Shown: positions 61,131-64,000 of the stretch, piece by piece | How positions within the stretch are numbered: the stretch's first letter is position 1 | Layout of the letters: the number at the start of each line of letters is the position of its first letter | Source of the DNA: Methanomassiliicoccaceae archaeon | GTDB taxonomy: Archaea > Thermoplasmatota > Thermoplasmata > Methanomassiliicoccales > Methanomassiliicoccaceae | DNA length: 64,000 nt | Assembly: GCA_963728405.1 (NCBI GenBank) | Contig: CAVSJV010000017.1 | Location: 192,001-256,000, forward strand | Reading direction: 5' to 3' | Notes under the pieces: model-generated | Told to the model about the DNA's origin: nothing | The model's input: only the letters and a program-made list of their open reading frames with translations | Databases searched by the model: none | Translations under genes and position numbers: made by a program

Positions 61131-62849
61131 ATGGAGGAAACCATACCGTCCAAGCACAAAGGAAATCTCCAGGATTATGAGAACGCCATTAAGGAGTTCA
61201 CCTGGTCATCGGTCGACAAGGAGTTCGACTGGTCCAAGGGCGGACCCTATAATGTGGCTCGCGAGGCCATCGACCGGCACGCTCAGAACTGGAGAAAGAA
61301 CAAGATTGCCCTGTACTCGATAACCGCCAATAATGAGGTGCGCAAGTATACCTTCGGCGAGATGTCCGAACTCACTAGTCGGTTCGCTTCCGGCCTAGAG
61401 AAGCTCGGTGCCGTCAAGGGAGACCGCATCTTCGTATTCCTGGACCGAACTTCGGAATTGTATATGGCAATGATCGCCATCACTAAGATGGGGGGCATCG
61501 CCGGACCGCTGTTCTCTGCCCTGGGCCCCGAAGCTGTCAAAGACCGCGCCCTTGACTGCAGCTGCAAGTACATCATTACATCCCCGTACCTCTACAAGAG
61601 GATCGAGTCGATCATGGACGACCTCGTGGACGTCCAGAAGTACATCATCGTCGGTGACGACGCTGGTCTGGGGGGCAACACCGTCAAGTTCGATGAAATA
61701 ATGGCCTCTGGGGACCCCAACTATCAGCCAGTGAACATGGCGCCTACAGAGCCGTACATCATCCACTACACCTCCGGTTCCACCGGTAAGCCCAAGGGCG
61801 TGCTGCTGGGCCACAAGTCCATGATCCAGCAGTGGTTCACCTCGAAGAACGTCCTCGACCTTAGGGAGGAGGACACTTACTGGTGCACCGCCGACCCAGG
61901 CTGGGTCACCGGAACATCCTATGGCATATTCGGCCCCTGGTACCTGGGGACGACCATCGTCTCCTACGAGGGCCGCTTCGACGCCCGGGTGTGGTACACC
62001 ATCCTACAAAAGTATGGCATCACGGTCTGGTACACCGCCCCGACCGCGCTCAGGATGTTAATGCGCGCCGGGGACGATGTGATCAAGGAGTTCGACTTCT
62101 CGAAGCTACGCCATATATGTTCGGTCGGCGAGCCTCTCAACGCGGAGGTCGTTCGCTGGGCCATGAGGACCATCGACCGCCGTATCCACGACACCTGGTG
62201 GCAGACCGAGACCGGAGCGCAGCTCATCTGCAACTATCCCTGCATGACTGTCAAGCCCGGCTCGATGGGGAAGCCGATTCCGGGGGTCATCGCCGCAGTT
62301 GTCGACGAGAATGGTGTCGAGGTTCCGCCAAAGCAGGAAGGCTTCCTGGCCCTGCGCCCGGGCTGGCCATCCATGATGCTCGGCATCTGGAGGAACACCC
62401 CGAGGTTCAAGGAGTACTTCAAGGTCCCCGGCTGGTACATCGCCGGCGACCAGGCCTACAAGGACGAAGAGGGGTACTTCTGGTTCCTCGGTCGCGCTGA
62501 TGATGTCATCAAGACGTCGGGAGAGAGACTGGGACCGTTCGAGGTCGAGTCGGCGCTCATCGAGCATCCGTCCGTGGCCGAAGCAGGCGTCATCGGCAAG
62601 CCCGATGAGCTGAGGGGCGAGATCGTCAAGGCGTTCATCACCCTGCGACCCGGACAAAAGCCATCCGACGATCTCAAGGAGGATATCACCAAGTTCGTCA
62701 AGACCCGGCTGGCCTACTACGCCTACCCTCGAGAGATCGAGTTCGTCGAGTCCCTGCCCAAGACCCGGTCCGGGAAGATCATGCGGCGGGTGCTCAAGGC
62801 CAAGGAGCTTGGGCAGCCGCTCGGTGACCTGTCGACGCTCGACGAGTAA
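61131..62849 (+). CDS. acs: AMP-forming acetyl-CoA synthetase
   Basis: YTSGSTGKPKG, WCTADPGWVTG, DTWWQTETG, GRADDVI, LPKTRSGKIMRRVL. Confidence 0.93.
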   Translation: MEETIPSKHKGNLQDYENAIKEFTWSSVDKEFDWSKGGPYNVAREAIDRHAQNWRKNKIALYSITANNEVRKYTFGEMSELTSRFASGLEKLGAVKGDRIFVFLDRTSELYMAMIAITKMGGIAGPLFSALGPEAVKDRALDCSCKYIITSPYLYKRIESIMDDLVDVQKYIIVGDDAGLGGNTVKFDEIMASGDPNYQPVNMAPTEPYIIHYTSGSTGKPKGVLLGHKSMIQQWFTSKNVLDLREEDTYWCTADPGWVTGTSYGIFGPWYLGTTIVSYEGRFDARVWYTILQKYGITVWYTAPTALRMLMRAGDDVIKEFDFSKLRHICSVGEPLNAEVVRWAMRTIDRRIHDTWWQTETGAQLICNYPCMTVKPGSMGKPIPGVIAAVVDENGVEVPPKQEGFLALRPGWPSMMLGIWRNTPRFKEYFKVPGWYIAGDQAYKDEEGYFWFLGRADDVIKTSGERLGPFEVESALIEHPSVAEAGVIGKPDELRGEIVKAFITLRPGQKPSDDLKEDITKFVKTRLAYYAYPREIEFVESLPKTRSGKIMRRVLKAKELGQPLGDLSTLDE

Positions 62850-62859
62850 ACGCTTTCTA

Positions 62860-62882
62860 ATCCTCTTTTCTTTATTTTATTT
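62860..62882 (+). terminator. Oligo-T archaeal terminator after acs
   Basis: CTCTTTTCTTTATTTTATTT shortly after the stop codon. Confidence 0.5.
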
Positions 62883-63130
62883 GGCAGCGAGAACCCTTTG
62901 AGGAACTGATCCAAGATATCTTCATCATCTCCGCCCAAGTGTTCGGCCCGCTGTAGAGCTTCGCATCAGGGTAGAACGGGACCTACGTATGATCGGAATG
63001 AACAGTGACCCCAGGCACATGATGGGTTCGCCTACCCTGATCAATCTGAAAGCCTTTTCCTTTGATTATTCCAAATCATAGATATATTTAGATCATTTAA
63101 AAAACGGGAAGGGGTTTCTTGACCGCAATC

Positions 63131-63524
63131 TTATAAGAGGTCCTTGGGAACCTTGGCGAACAGCTCCTTCCAGGAGACGAAGCCAATCATCTTGCCGCTC
63201 TTGTCGACGACAGGCAGACGGCGTACGTTCTTCTTGTTCATGAGGTTCAGCGCCTCGGACACCTTCATGTCGATCGGAACGGTGGTCACTGGGGAGCTCA
63301 TGACCTCGGAAACCTTGAGGTGCAGGAACTTAGACTGGTGGGTCATATAGTGACGCAGTACAGTCCCTCTCGGTGAAGATCCCTATGATCTTATCACCCT
63401 CATCAATTACGATCACGCTCCCCTGGTCGTGCTCCACCATCAGCTCGATGGCGCTTTGAACGGAGTCCTCCGGGGAGACGATTTCCATTTTCTGGACCAT
63501 GTAATCCTTAACGAGCGCGGCCAT
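63131..63524 (-). CDS. CBS-pair protein, one frameshift near 63362
   Basis: VKDYM, IIGIFTERD, VSEVMSSPV, VRRLPVVD..G..IG. Confidence 0.88.
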
Positions 63525-63719
63525 TGTTCTCAAAACATAATACGGCGAACGATTGATAAACTAATGGGTCCGAGGGCCTCCCGGGTCGAAGGATATTATC
63601 GACATTCTACGAAATGTGGATGCGGAAGGGAACGTCCAAACTCTTAAGGACGTGGAGTCCACGTTCGAAGCGTGACCCGGACATACGATATCTCAGGCGA
63701 GGAGGGCTCGGATGCCCTT

Positions 63720-64000
63720 ATGGGCCAACCGTCCTCTGATGGCGCAGGGTTTTCCCCGGCGACCTCGCCCAGGGAGCTTTGCCTAGTGACCCCATCCTGT
63801 CGCCGGGCCTGGGACAAAGCTTCGTTCAAACCCATACCGGCCGGGAGCGCATTCACCGGGCCGTTCTCCCGTAAATGCCAATCCTACGCCGAGAGGTTCT
63901 ATCCTGGTGCATGGTGTATCCTGGACGCACGCAACGGCTTCCTGTTCCCGGACGAAGTCATACGAAGGCAACACCACGCCTGCCTATTCCGACCTTGGAC
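63720..64000 (+). CDS. DUF6884-like protein, runs off the window end
   Basis: Hand translation: LCLVTPSCRRAWDK...AGSAFTGPFSRKCQSYAERFYPGAWCILDARNGFLFPDEVI; GGAGG upstream. Confidence 0.6.
   Translation, partial: MGQPSSDGAGFSPATSPRELCLVTPSCRRAWDKASFKPIPAGSAFTGPFSRKCQSYAERFYPGAWCILDARNGFLFPDEVIRRQHHACLFRPW

Noticed and set aside
1-64000. CRISPR arrays, transposases, integrases, prophage genes, rRNA/tRNA
   Set aside because: No repeat-spacer periodicity, mobile-element motifs or RNA-gene signatures seen by eye; a tRNAscan/Infernal run would be the definitive check.

Overview
GC-rich archaeal chromosomal segment, most consistent with a Methanomassiliicoccales/Thermoplasmata methanogen (Nop5, aIF-5A, Lsm, RPA pair, Rpo6, CarS, PurP, DUF6015-like protein). 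It is mostly housekeeping: MTA/5'-dA salvage, an ABC importer, smc-scpAB, an amino-sugar/glycosyltransferase cluster, DNA repair, serine synthesis, an aryl-acid CoA ligase with symporter, pdxS, an aconitase-family pair and acs. I found no tRNA, rRNA, CRISPR array or intact mobile element. About 15 single-base frameshifts interrupt otherwise intact genes and are probably assembly errors. The best novel candidate lies below the ORF-track cutoff: a 59-codon uORF (36673-36494, minus) with a Gly/Cys/Ser block (GCGSGCGCGG), directly upstream of the serC-like/serA operon. It is followed by a hairpin covering the downstream start codon, suggesting an archaeal leader-peptide translational attenuator. 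All family calls are from motif recognition, not database searches.
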